In this document: positions 14,001 through 27,500 of the stretch, piece after piece
Numbering within the stretch: the first letter of the stretch is position 1
Layout of the letters: each line of letters begins with the position of its first letter
Made by a program: the position numbers and the translations under genes
The notes under the pieces: generated by a model
What the model saw: only the letters and a program-made list of their open reading frames with translations
Told to the model about the DNA's origin: nothing
Databases searched by the model: none
Source: Tubiluchus corallicola
Lineage: Eukaryota; Animalia; Priapulida
DNA length: 64,000 bases
Direction of reading: 5' to 3'
Assembly: GCA_030141605.1 (NCBI GenBank)
Contig: JAQGDQ010000001.1
Location: 62,001-126,000 of the forward strand

Positions 14001-14799
14001 ATCTGTCAATACAACAGTGATCACAAGACCAGAATCACCCACTCTGTAGGTCAGTGTGATGACAGCCATATAATTGGGAGAAATGGTCGAGTCATCCCCA
14101 CACTAAGATGTAAGCACGGCATTACTATTAGCATCAGCAAACCTCCTAATCCCAACAGCTTGACTGATGTTGGTGTTGATGGCACTGAGAAGTCGTGTCT
14201 AGCGATGACATTAAGCAACACTTAGAAAAGGTGTTACGAGAAGGCTAACTGCTCTATATACCATACTATCAACCATCTTACTGTATAATCCTCTGTTCGT
14301 TCTTGCAGTGATGTTGTTTCCTGTAAACCAGTTAATGTTGCCATCAGTTCTAAAAACTCAGTGAGAGCAATCGAATAAATCAAGAATCATTGTAAAGGTG
14401 TATCAACTAGAAAACCAGTAGCACTGGACAATAAATGGTTTGGTTAATTGCCGTAATAAAGTAAAATCCAGTATGGCGGATACGGTCATTACTCGATGAA
14501 AAGAAGAGATATGGACAGGAAATTTTCTTTGACAGAACAAAAACAATTGAAATTCATAGAAAAGTGAAATGCTAACATCTTTCTAAAGGGAATTGGCTAT
14601 AATAGACAGGCAGTAGTAATAATACTTTTCTAAAATAGTATTTCACAGTAGAATAGTAATTGTGGAAAACAATAGTTAAATCGTGGAATCTAACATTGTT
14701 TAGACTAATTGATAGTATATAATTATAGAAAAAAGTAGCAAATAATTGGTAGCTGCCTAAATTGGCACATTTTTTTTAAGCTATAGGTTCAAGTACCCG

Positions 14800-17700
14800 G
14801 TGGTCGCAAAGTGTAAGGCTAGTTAGCACGAGGGAAGTACTAATACTGCGAGGGAAGGTGCCAATCCAAATTAGAAGAGTCGACTATTAAGACAGCGTGG
14901 AAGAAGAGATAAGTAGGCTGATACAGTGTGGGGGACTGTATGAAATGGGTACACAAGAACTGTACAGGAATACCGGAACACCAAATGAAATTGCATGAAA
15001 AACAGAAAACAAGCAAGTATATCTGCAAGAAATTTGCTGTAGAGAAGTATAAGGTAGAATTAAAAGAGGTATCAAAAGAACAAGGAAAGGAAGAATTGAC
15101 AAAAAACGATGAGTATAGAAGTGAAAGAAGAAAACAGAGAGTTAGGTAAAAGGACTCAAAGTCAACAAGAAAAGAGAGCAGAACTGTCAAAGAAGAACAG
15201 AATGTTAGAAGCAGGAAAAGAGGAAACAGAGAAAAAGAATAAAATAGAAATACAAAAAAAATTTACGGAAGTGCTGAAACTAAAGATGGAAGTGGTTGAC
15301 TACAAAAAAAAATACGAAGAGGGACTAGCAAGCTTGCTGAAAATAAGAAAACATTAGGAAATCTTAATTCCTATTTAGCAAACTTAAAGGCAGTAAACAC
15401 AAGGCTAGAAACAAAAAATATCGAATATGAGGAAAACAGGAGAACTTTGAAACAGAAGGGTAGTATAATTACAATAGCAGTCGGATAGTGACAAAGAAGA
15501 AATGGCTGATAGAAATCACAGGTGAAAATGTGTTGGTCTATGGAGAAAACAGGTTTTTGTAAATTTGGGGATGTGTAAACTTGATCACGGAGTGGTAGGA
15601 GGAAAGGAAAAACAGCCACGACAGAAATAAAAAATACCTGAAAATTGCTGGAGTTTTGAAAGAGACGTTGAGTGCAGGTATGGGCCAAAGTGCAAATATG
15701 AACAATTGAACATAGAGTGAGAACTCTGTGTAGTAAATATGACAAAGAAAAGAAGTGCAAGTTTGGGGAACACTGCAAGTTCCGTCATTATTACAGTGAA
15801 AACGAAAAAAAGGTGTATAGTGAAGGGAAGTACAGGCCTGTCTACAGTACACAGAATTGGGGTGAACCTACAGAGATTAGGTAAAGATTATTTCAATCAA
15901 GGAGAGCAGAGGAACCAGATTTAGAAGACATAACTAGTAAGGTGGACATCTTACTAGAAAGAATAGGGGGAATGTCAACCTAGGATAGGAATAGATCTGA
16001 GAGCAAGTTATGCTTAGTATTATGGACACCAAAGCAGAAATGAGTATAAGACGGGCTACTCTGACAAGGAAGGAAATAGACAATGAATGTTAAAGAAAGG
16101 AAACAAAAAGGAAGCAAAGGAAATAAATAAATGTTTAAATAAAGAATGTGGCATAAAAACTGTTACAAATAAAAAAATAGGAAAAGAAAACAACTTGGTC
16201 AATTAAAGGAAGAAATAAATATAAAAATTTCCAAGTCCTGTATGTGAATGCAAGGGGAATCAAATCTATAAGTGACTTATTGAAGGAAATAATAAAAGAA
16301 GTAAATCCATTAATTATAGTAATAGTAAAAACACACTTAATAGGGCAAGAAGATGTTGATATACCAGGGTACATATCAATTTTTACAATAATAGAGAAGA
16401 AGGAAAAGGAGGTCTATTAATAGAAATAAGTAAACATAAGCCGGAAGAAAATTAATAAAATTAATGAAACAAGAAAAGTTAATACTAGTAAATAATTGCG
16501 AAAATACAACAGGGTTGTGGACAAGAGTGGAGGGAAATCAAAAATCTGTAACTGATTATGCATGGAAATATACGGAAACAATATTATGCAGTTCAAAAAA
16601 TGATAATCGATGAGAACAAGGTGTATGGTCTATATGGAATAAAAAACAAAGGAAATTAAAATCAAGAGATCACAATACTATATGGTTAACACTTAACTGG
16701 AGTGAAATGTATATAAAAATCAGGAACAAAAACCAAAAACGAAAAAATATTACTATACACCCAATGTGGATTAATCAAGCTTAACAGATTAACAGAAGAT
16801 AAACACTTTGTGAAGGTATGGGAGAAGAATAAAGAATTGATTGGCAAGAAGAAATTATGAATATAATGAAGAAATACTTTCAATCAAGGATGAGTAAAAA
16901 AAAAGAAAAACGAAACTAGAGAAATTAATAAATTATTAAAAAATGAAAAGAATGATAAGAAAAGAGAGGAAGCAAAGTGATAATTTAAGTCAAATAAAAT
17001 TGTTGAAAGTAAAAGAACAATTAATTGATGAAATAATATATAATAAGAAATAAGAAGACTGCAGAATACATATCGAAGAAAATATTCATAATATAAGAAG
17101 TGAAAAAGGTATTAGTGCAAATGCATTCTGGGAATTTAAAAAAAAGAATAGATAAAGGTATAAATATAGTGGTAATGAATAATGACTGAGGGGAAACAGT
17201 CGAATCATCAGAGAAATAAAAATATTTACAATGTATTACAAAGACTTGCTAAAGCCTAGAAATGCAGAATCTCAAACGGAGCAAGAAATTGAAGCAAGGG
17301 TTAATACCTTTATACGGCAATTACAAATAGTGGGTAAGGAATTTGAAACAGAATTAATAACGGAACAAGAAGTTAAAAAGGAAAGGATCAAAGAGCCCAT
17401 TCGTATTGAACAATTGTGAAACATGGACGAATATTAAAAAAGATGAATGGGAGAGTCTGGAAAATGTAGAAAAAGAGACTCTGAGAAAAATTCTGAATCA
17501 AAACAATTAGTACTCCATACTGGGGCAGGTTAGCACAAACAGGTTCGTGGCCTATGTAAAAGAGGTTGACCATAAAAAGACTATGTTTTATTATTCACTG
17601 ATGAACTCAGATGGAAACAAATTAGCAAAACAAGTAGTAACTGAGTAAGAAAAAAGAGCATGTAAAGATTGTTGGTATTCAGACATAAGTGAGATTATGC

Positions 17701-18110
17701 ATAAATCAAGCAAATAAAAAATGGAGAAATTACAAAATCAACATGGAAAAGAGAAGTGAAAAAAAGCTATAAACCAAGAAATATTACAAGAACATAAAGA
17801 TAAAGAACAGAGGATGACAAAATTAAGATTTCTTGATGGTGAAAGATATGAGAAACAATGATATTCAGAGAGTGTGATCTTGCAGACATAGTAAAATTAT
17901 ATAATGGAAATTAAGTTAACTACGGAAGAATTAAACTGCAATTACAAAACAAATAGACGGGAAGATTTATTATGTTCTAAGTGCAGGACTCAGGAGGATA
18001 CAACAGAACGTGCATTAAGTTATGAAAAATCGGAAAGAATAATAAATGAGTATAATGTAAGGACAGAGACTATTACTATATTTAGTACTATTAATTATTA
18101 TTAAAACAGC
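14800..18110 (+). mobile_element. Decayed A-rich LINE (ORF1 with PHD and CCCH fingers; ORF2 endonuclease; C-terminal Cys motif; RT mostly deleted)
   Basis: DCMKWVHKNCTGI..YICKK (PHD), K/E-rich coiled coil, three CCCH fingers at ~15529-15790, KFQVLYVNARGIKS..IVIVKTHL..DIPGY (APE) at ~16225-16400, LCSKCRTQEDTTE near 17970. Confidence 0.75.
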
Positions 18111-18340
18111 AGAAATAGATACCCTTCAATGATTTGTAAGAGCATTTACAGAAATTATGGAATCAAGAGAAAATATATAGCTGTTACAAGGAAATGCAAT
18201 AAATGGGAAGGATGAGACTCGTACGCAGAACAAGGAATAAACATATGATGACGTCAGAAGAAACTAATCTGCTCTTGCATACTTAGGTTAAGCTGATTTT
18301 GGAAAAGGGAAAGCGAAACCAGTGAAGCAGTGAACCAGCA

Positions 18341-19840
18341 ATGACATTAATTTTCAGAGTCTTTAGCTACGGAGACATTCCCAGTGATTGGAAGTTATCT
18401 CGCATTAGTCCGATTCATAAAAAGGGACCTAAAAATAAACCTGCAAACTATAGGCCAGTTGCAATTACAAGTACTGTTGGCAAACTGCCAGTGAGGCATG
18501 TTGTCAATACAATACTTGTCTATCTGCAGTCTAACAATTATTTAAAAAAGATCCCAACATGGGTTTCTCAAGAAACAGTCAGTGACAATCGAATATGTAT
18601 TCTCTACACTGGATCACGGCAGTCCTCTTGACTTAGTATACCTAGACCTAGCAAAAGCATTTGACAAAGTCCCACATAGAATATTGCTGCTCAAACTTGA
18701 GGCATATGGTATTCAAGGACAGCTGGTTAACTAGATAACAGCATGGCTAAGTGACAGTTTCCAATATGTCGAAGTCAAGGGTTGTGCATTTTCTACTGTC
18801 CCAGGTCTATCAGGAATGCCACAAGGACGTGTCCTCGGACCTCTGTTATTTCTCATCTCCATTGCCGACATGGATGATAATGTAGGTAGTCGGCTTCTCA
18901 AGTTTGCTGACGATACCACATTAGCTTATCCAATACGCTCTTCTATGCAAGTGAGACAGCTGCAAGAAGATTTGCACCAAACCTGTGCATGGGCTGACAA
19001 ATGGCAGATGGGATTTAACACACTTGATGGTAAATGTAAGGTGATGCATGTGGGTAATCAGACCAATCCAGCCACATACAGCTTTGGTGATGTCGATTTG
19101 CCTGTAGTCACTGAGGAGGTGGATCTTGGACTGTTAGTAGATAGCAAACTAAACTTTTGCAGTCATGTCTCTAAGAAAAATACGAACTGTAACAAGATCC
19201 TTGGATTAATCAGTAGAACCATAACTTCCAAAAGAGCTGAGATAATTCTCCCACTATACAAATCTCTTGTTCATTCTCATCTCGAAAATGTCAGTCAGGT
19301 ATGGGACCCTTACTATCGCAAGGACATCCGTGCTCTAGAACAGGTACAAGCACGAGCTGTGGACATGATCATAGGTCTTGAAGGATTCCCATACTTTCAA
19401 AAGCTGCAAAAGTTAGACCTGTATCAACTCTCTGCAAGAAGACGTAGGGGAAGACTAATTGAAATGTTCAAGATTCTTAAGGGATTTACTGACATCAATG
19501 CAAACCAGTTTTTTTACACTCAATAGAAGCATTACACGTGGGTATAGTGTTAAATTGTACAAGCGTAGGGTTAATACTGAAAAGTATCGGCATAGTTTGT
19601 CACAAGCCAAAGTAACTGTGGAACTCATTACCGGAATCATTAGTAAGTGAGTGCAAATAATGTAAATAGTTTCAAACATAAACTTGATTCAGAACTCCGT
19701 GCGAGAAACTTCCTATTTTAATACCAGTCGGTATATTAAGAGGAGTAAATCAACAACGAACAACTGGACAATGATGTGCTTTGACAGCTATTCTGTGGAT
19801 GAGAGATCAGGGTTTACTCACCACGAAGGTGAGTTTAACC
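18341..19840 (+). mobile_element. CR1-type LINE reverse-transcriptase region and 3' end
   Basis: PSDWKLSRISPIHKKG..NYRPVAITS, YLDLAKAFDKVPH, PQGRVLGPLLFLI..KFADDT, KCKVMHVG, LYKSLV..QVWDPY, TRGYSVKL. Terminal stem-loop at 19811-19840. Confidence 0.92.
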
Positions 19841-19959
19841 GCTGATTTGCGCAATATTCACCTTTTAAAGTAACCAACACTCAGAAACTCTCATAAAGGA
19901 TTGTGATTTCTCAAATCTCAACTCCCAGTCACAACGTTTATTACTATTAGCAAATCGCG

Positions 19960-21050
19960 ATAAGTCAAATGCAATGTAAGCAATCTTTTACAGGCGTTTT
20001 TAGTGCGACAAAATATACTTAACTGATTACCCATCTTGCTCACAGCGATTTTAATCATATAGTGAACTGGCTTAGAAGTGTCTAGTTTTTTTGCTAGATT
20101 AACTCAATTCACCAGTTGGTGAGCACGTTATGTATTGATTACTGCTGTGGTTACTTGTCTTGAGGGCATATTTCTTTTATTTTATAGTTCTGCCTGCCCA
20201 ATATCTACAAAGTGACAAAATTATTAAATGAATAAATTATCTGAGTTAATGATATTCAAGCAATTGGTGAAACGTAATACTAGTAATAATAGGCATAATT
20301 TATGATAATGATGATGATTAGTGAATGATCACAATATCAGCCTTTCAGTTTTTACTCTTAGTATACGTGCAGTTGTGTATGTAAGGGGTTGAGACACTTC
20401 ATCTAAAGTAGGACATACTAGTTACTACTCAAGATTAATACGTAGTTATTGCTGTGTTTATTTGCCTGCACGGTTGCACCATCCATGTAGCTAATTATTT
20501 TAAGTAGCAACTCAATTCAATTTCGTTTATTGCTCAAATACATTACAAACACACTGGCAATCAAAGAAAAGTACTTAACACTAAAACTACAGTAGCAACT
20601 AAAAGGATATACATACTAATAACTGTTTACAAATAAACATGAAAGAAAGAAATAATGTAAAAATGAGGATTGAATATCTCATAATTAATATTATTTTTAA
20701 AACACTGATAAAGTAACCATATCAATATTTACAAAGAGAAGAAAAAGAAGCATTCTGTACATTTTTTGGCAACTACTGGACTTGGAAATTTTTGGCCATT
20801 GCTGAAGAGTCACAATTCTTCGCTTTTCCTTTCTTATTTAATTATATACTTATTAATCATGTCAAAGTAACTGACTGGGTTGCAGCAATACGGTCCTGAA
20901 CCCTCAAGCAGTGTTGAAAAAGCTAATTGTTTATGTTGATGCGTTCACTATAATAGTTGCCAAAATGTAAGGAATCATTTTCAAGAGTTTTTAGTGCAAT
21001 GAAATACGATAGTTAACCGATTACCAATCTTGCTCACAGTGATTTTAATA
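19960..21050 (+). repeat. Two diverged direct copies of a ~100-bp sequence (about 19960-20060 and 20955-21050)
   Basis: Shared core gtttttagtgc..ttaac(t/c)gattacc(c/a)atcttgctcacag(c/t)gattttaat. Confidence 0.7.
20067..20212 (+). repeat. Dispersed repeat, second copy at ~62886-62987
   Basis: ctggc(t/g)tag(a/c)agtgtctagttttttgct..gattactgctg..ttctgcctgcccaat(a/g)tctacaa is present at both loci; this copy has a ~40-bp insertion. Confidence 0.75.
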
Positions 21051-21526
21051 ATTTTTGGTCCATGTTGAGGCGAATTTATGACAATTTTACTTTAGTCTAG
21101 ATAAGCTTTAGTGAGTTCACAAGTTTCATGACTCAAATGACAAACTTTAACTTTTTAAACTTTTTAAAACTGGATTGAAGTCAGCAAACTTTTGGCAACA
21201 ATGGTAAACACATGCATTTGCTTGGCAGCTATTTAGGAAAAACTTTTGGGGCATATATAGTGAAACTGGAACTTTCGGGGAGTTGTCATTGTCTCGTGAA
21301 GCCTACTCTTTAGCACCATTTGGAATTTGGTGTATAAATTTACACTTAAAATTCTGTGAATCAGTGTCAACTCATTATTAGTTGTTTCTGGTTTACTTTA
21401 TAAAATATAAAGACAATAAAGATATTATATGGAAATATTATGTATGTTAACAGTTAATTGAACATGACCACTGTCTCAGCACCATTACTTGGTCAGAATA
21501 TTGGCTCACTGTCTTGGTTATTAAAG

Positions 21527-24500
21527 ATGGGATGTTTATGTGGTAAAGACTTAATTACTGTGAATGGGAGGCAATTTCAAGTTCGAACTCAGCTTGGAGA
21601 AGGGTATGTACAATTATGAAATTTTTTGGAAATTTCTGAAAAGAGTTACTTTTGAATTATGTTTGCCTCTATTATTGTGAAACTATAAAACATAAAACGA
21701 TATATTGGTTCAGATAGTTCTAGAACTTGTGTGTGCTATTCTAAAAAATTACATGTGCAAATATATAGTTCATAATCTTGTTTTACATAATTTCGTTTCT
21801 AGTGTTGGGTAGTAATACCACTACTGTAGTTCTACTAGTAAAATTAGTAGCGCTCGATAAGTATCTCCACTTTGAAAATGAATAGTGTTAAACTAAATTG
21901 TAATTTCTCTGCTTTTTTAAGTAGCGCTATAATTGCATTACATTTAATTCTTTGGGTTGACAGTTAATGTCTGTGTAATGAACTGTGTTTGTCGTAGCAG
22001 CTGCAGACTCCTACAGGTTTTTTCAGCTGTGTAACTGTTTCTGTGGTTGTAATGATTTCAGCCACAGTGAAGCAAGACTTTTACTTAATTTAAACATACT
22101 TATTTTATAACCTTTGTACAAAACAGTAGAACTGATACAAAGTCCTTTGGTTACAGAGATAATACAAATACAATACATGGAAGACAAAGTGCAGAATTAA
22201 TATTTACGTAACATTTAAACAAGCTTATTAATTAATAAAAAAGACAGTCGCAATCTAATGAATATTAGGCAAATGCATAAACAGTAATATAACATTGTCA
22301 ACTTAACGTATTGAATTTAGCTTAGGTTAAAACATTTAATTTATCTAATATAATTGTGTACAGCAGTAAATATCCTACAGTTTAATGAGTCGTTATTGAC
22401 CTAAAGACCATTTTGACTTTATTTTTCAAGTTTTCAAAATTTTCAGGATCTTCATTGAAAAAGTTGCTCTTTAATGCACCCACTTGCTCCATTGGTCATT
22501 GTTATTAGTGAGTCTTTTGGAGGTTTTGGGTATTCTGCCCAAAAGCGAACAGTTGCTGCTTAGTAACAGCTACTTCAAAATATTAATATTTTAAGCAAAT
22601 AAACATGTTCAAAGTTGAACAGTAGTTTACCACATGGCATAAAATAACAGTGTCATGTGAATAATATTGTAATGAATAATTTACATACTATTATGTTATG
22701 ACTGACTTGTAAGTGTCTGTTTAAAATCATAAACAAACTGCTTAGTAAGACCCTTGATACAATTTGATGCAATTTGATGATGTGTTTGTACTAGGGTTTC
22801 TTTAGCTGCTTCTTAACGACTTGATTATCATTATTAGCAGGCTGTTCTAAAGTGCCACTTACATTTTGCAGTGTACTATATCAACGATTCTCAGAAATCA
22901 GAAGTCGTAGCCAAACTGAAAGTAGTGGCTATTGTTGTAACACTACTTTCATGCTATAATTGTCTTTGCAACAAGTATTTTTTTAAAGTAATTGTAGCAG
23001 TACTGCCACTATTTCTCAGGAGAGTAATTATACTTATAGTGATAATACGTTTTATAAGTAATTGACCCAGTACTGCAGTTGTTGGTTTTATCTATTTTCA
23101 AATCGTTTTTGCTAGTTTACTGGAGACCGATAAGTCAGTAAGGTGCTTCGTGTTTTTCTGTAGAGGCTTTAGCTACGTTGAACTTGTTGAAGACATCGGG
23201 ACACGTCGACTGTATGCACTGAAACGAATCTCTTGCCAAACTCCAGAGGATGAGATTAAGGCCCAAAAAGAGGTTGAAGTTCACGCTGCTGTTCAGCATA
23301 AGAATATAATTGCATGTGAGGACTGGACGTTAATACAAGTGAGAAATCCCGCTAAGAGCATCATAAGTGAACTGCTTCTTGTGCTGCCGTATTACCGCGT
23401 ATGTTGGACAAGTATATTTGGTTTACTTTTTTTTCAGTTGACTAGTAAATATTTTTTATAGACATATTTATTTTCCATAACCTTTGGTATACAGAAGAAA
23501 ACTGAATAATATACCTTGGGAATTGGTCTGTAATACAAAGTTGATACATTTACAATTAGATATCTATAGTTTAACAGTGACAGTGCATCAAGTGTAGTCT
23601 AATGGTGAAAAATGTTAAACTAACATTTACTGAATTGGCTAGAAGCTTTCGTAAATTCCTGCATTGTAGCAAAAATAGTTTTATTTTGGTCAAGATTGAA
23701 AAGTAAGTTACCATGTACTAAAGTATGGATTTTAGTTTCGGTGTTTAATTCATTAATTTTAACTGGGAGAAAGTTTGAATTATACAGGTTAAATAAACTT
23801 CACTCGAGCACCCACTGCTCCCAGCGTGCAATGGACATTCCAACATTCATAGTAAATATTCACACTGCATTTAAGGCCTTCTCTAATAAAATAGTTAAAA
23901 TTGTACCAACACGTAATGCACATTTTTTCAGGCATTTGGTGGATCATACCTTGCCTAAAATCTAGATGCAGAGCCCATTTAAGATGCACCAAATTAAGCA
24001 GATTCTGGAAGTTAAAATTAATTCCCTCTTACCACTTATGTAAGTGGAATACAGCTTGACCACTTCGAGACACTAATATATTGCGTTAATAAGTAATACA
24101 TCATCATTATGGCAGGTGTCATGGTTATAGTGATAAGCATAATATATATATACACACCCAAATTTCAATCTGCTGTATTTTTAGCATAGCGGTTTTGAAA
24201 AGGCTGCACTAGCTAGCAGTACTCAAAACTCTTGCCATACTTGCTGCTCCTAATGTGAGATAATTCTTCTTTCATATTATACTTTTTTAAGCTGGATCTC
24301 AAGATAAACAAATCAGAGATGAAAGTAGAATGTGGCTTTGCTCTCATTAAAATGATTTGAAATATTTGTGTTTAATTGGCAACCTTTCAGCAAGGAGAGA
24401 TAAGGAAGATGGAAAACTAAGGCATGCACACTTGCTCACTCTTGCTCTGGCTTTGAGTTTTTTGTTAAGAGACTTCTATAGGCAGTGATTATACATGTAC

Positions 24501-27500
24501 AGACAAACCACTTGCATTTTAACTATAGAACTAATTTGCAAATTTGAATGTGGATGCTAGCTCTTACCTGCTACAGTCATCTCAGTGATACTGTTGCAAG
24601 TTTTTTCAACAAGGCCACAAAAATTTCCTTCTAAAGAAAAATCACAATTTACAAAAGACTACTGCAGATTACAGCATGCTACTATAGTTTTTGGCATTGT
24701 TTCACTGTGTTTCACATTGATTAACTGTTAATCATTGTTAATTTTATAGAGGGGAACTTTAGCAGATGAACTAATGATGCGTGCTAAAACCAAAGCTTTT
24801 ATGGCCGAATACAGGATATACAAGCTTTTTCATGGTGTTTGTGATGGAGTGCGAGCCATGCACAGATGTAAACCAGTAGGCTTCACTCATAGGTATGTAG
24901 TGTAAGCTGAAACAAAATTTGAATTATAGTAGTTGTGCGTGACAATTTTTTCTCAGTAAGGAATGTCAAAGAATTTATAATCTGAAAAATAAAAAATTTA
25001 GTCATATAACTTTCCCAATTTCCAAAAACTATTACCTTCTTTCAGGTAAGCACCATCTTTTAGCCAGTAAATTATTTTAGTTTTACGGAAAGATATTAAA
25101 AATTATTAGTTTCAGTACACATACTAAGACATAATAATCATTAGTCAGCTATAATGAATTATTTACATTCAAATTTAAGTCATTAGTCAGCTATAATTAA
25201 GATTTTGCTCTAGCAGAATCCTACTGTTTTTCATTGAGTTATTATTTGTTTATTCTCCGCAACTTTAATGCTTAATAATTCCTAAGGCTTGTAAGCTAGG
25301 GTTACCAAACTGACAGGGTTGGTAGCCCTGGGCGGGGGACCTACAATAGTGTAGCAGCCAGTGACCATTGGTCAAGGGGGTAAGGGCAGTGGATGCCAGT
25401 CAGTTTTTCCTTTAGGTCGCATCTCCTCCTAGGGCTTTTGATTTATTTGCAAGTATTTGTGTACTGTGGGGTAGATGTGCATCTGGGGTTTTAAAAAGCT
25501 GGCAAGTTTTAAACGCCCGAGTGAGGGGCCAAAATGGAAAATTTTGGGGCCTCCAATTGGTGACCTTTTATATGCTGAAAGCTGGGGACACAAAGCTCAC
25601 AAGGTACACTTTCTGGACAAAGTTATCTATGCATACATGTGACCCGAGTTCCCGGGTCAAAGATCACGGAGCGGGCGGGTCTTCATTTATTTTTCTTTAG
25701 GATCCATCTGCTCCCATACTTTTTGAGCTAGGGTGACAATATTTGGTATGTGGTTAGATCGGTCAGGTTGTTGGATATGGCAGAATATTGGTCATTTGGA
25801 GGGGGGAAAAGTTTTCCGATATGAGGCAAAAACCAAAAAATGGGGGTTGGTAGCAGAAATGCATCAAGTGTCTTGGAATATTACCTTGGAGCATATCAAA
25901 TGAAAAGTCTCTATGAGCCAAGTCGAATGGCATAGGTTACAATGAGAATATCTAACCCATGACCCTGCTAGGGGCAAAAACCAAAAAATGGGAGTTGCGA
26001 ACTGAAGAGCACTGAGTATTGAGCAATGATCCTTGTAGCATATCAAATGAAAGATCTTGATGAGGCAGATCGAATGGCATGGGTTGCAACAAGAATGGCT
26101 AATCAGCGAGCCCGCTAGGGGGCAAAAACCGAAAAATGGGGGTCAGGAACAGAAATGCATCAAGTGTCTTGGAATAGTACCATGTAGCATATCAAAAGAA
26201 AGGTCTTGATGAGGCAAATTGAATGGTATAGGTTACAGTGTGAATCATTAACCTGTGACCCAGTTATTGGGCAAAATAGGGGTCGAGGAAACAAATACGT
26301 TCCAGGGTCTACCATATGTAGGTTGTTGTATATCAAATGAAAGGTCTCAATGTGACAAACTAAATGATATACGTTATGCCAAGATTGTTTACCTTTGATC
26401 CGTGGGTGGCGGGCTGAACAGTTAAATGCTGAGGTTTCATTGTGAAATGCACTTTCCATGTATTCACGCAATTCAATAAAAAAATAAGCATTTTCAAAAA
26501 AGGCAGTCGTCTCTTCATTTTTAAGACTGAATTTTACAACTATTGTTTGCAAAATCTTCAATTTCTCACCGCGTCAGAGACATTGTCAACTACTGAATTA
26601 TTTACATTCAAATTTAACAACAATTGGCATTTGTGTAGGTCTCTCTAATCTTAACAAGAAAAAATATTTGTTGTCTATTAGTAATAAGTGCTTTAGTAGT
26701 TCTAAGTATTTTTGTTTTGCATTTGCAGAGATATCAAAGCTGCTAATGTACTTCTCACGGATGATGATATCCCAGTATTAATGGATCTCGGTTCTGCAGG
26801 ACCGCTTAGTGTTGATGTACGGTCAGGGTCACAAGCACTTAGTTTACAGGTAAGATCATGGTACATGGGTTGTGTGGTCACTTTGATGATCACTTTGAAA
26901 ATTTCTGCTTAGTTAGCTTGCTGGGAGCATTATGAAAAAACTTATGTTGATTAATTGGTGTAAGTGTGATAATATTTTTCTTAATGTGTGTCTGGTTAAC
27001 CTTCAGAAAGGTGCAGTCAACTCCCACTGTTGAGTGTATTCATTATAGTGAGGTATCATTCGTTGGTTGTTCGGACTGTTTGTGTACTGTTAGGACGTGT
27101 CTTCAGATCAGCTTTGTTATGTTAAGTTAGTAGCTCAAATGGCAAATCATGTGCCCTGAAAGCACAAGCTTCTGGGTTCAAATCTTAGTCTACGCACAAT
27201 TTTTGAGTTCCTTCTTCAGTTAATTAGTTATTTAACTAATCGTTGTAAGCAGGATGTCTTTCTTAGTATGTGTCTGTGCGTGAAGGTGACTGCATGTGTG
27301 CAGTAATACGTCTTAATTACTTTACAGAAAGTGGTAGAGTTAAGTCAACTCCTGGTGATGAGTGCATTCAAAAGTGTGTGCTGTACCATTAGTACCAAAC
27401 AGTAGGGCTGTGTCGATACACTTAAAGCACAAGAAAACCTTCAGCTTACATAAAGCTTAAAAAATTTGTCTTGAAATTTTGTACCAGTTACGTACTGCCT

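Noticed and set aside
18816-19526. Intact or domesticated reverse transcriptase gene (236-aa ORF)
   Set aside because: The upstream RT half has stops and frameshifts and there is no contiguous endonuclease; a decayed CR1 copy.
25830-26400. CRISPR-like array
   Set aside because: Whole ~145-bp units are homologous with no unique spacers, the context is eukaryotic, and there are no cas genes.
27124-27200. Functional tRNA gene
   Set aside because: A and B boxes are present but no convincing cloverleaf; it continues into a repeated body, so a SINE head is more likely.
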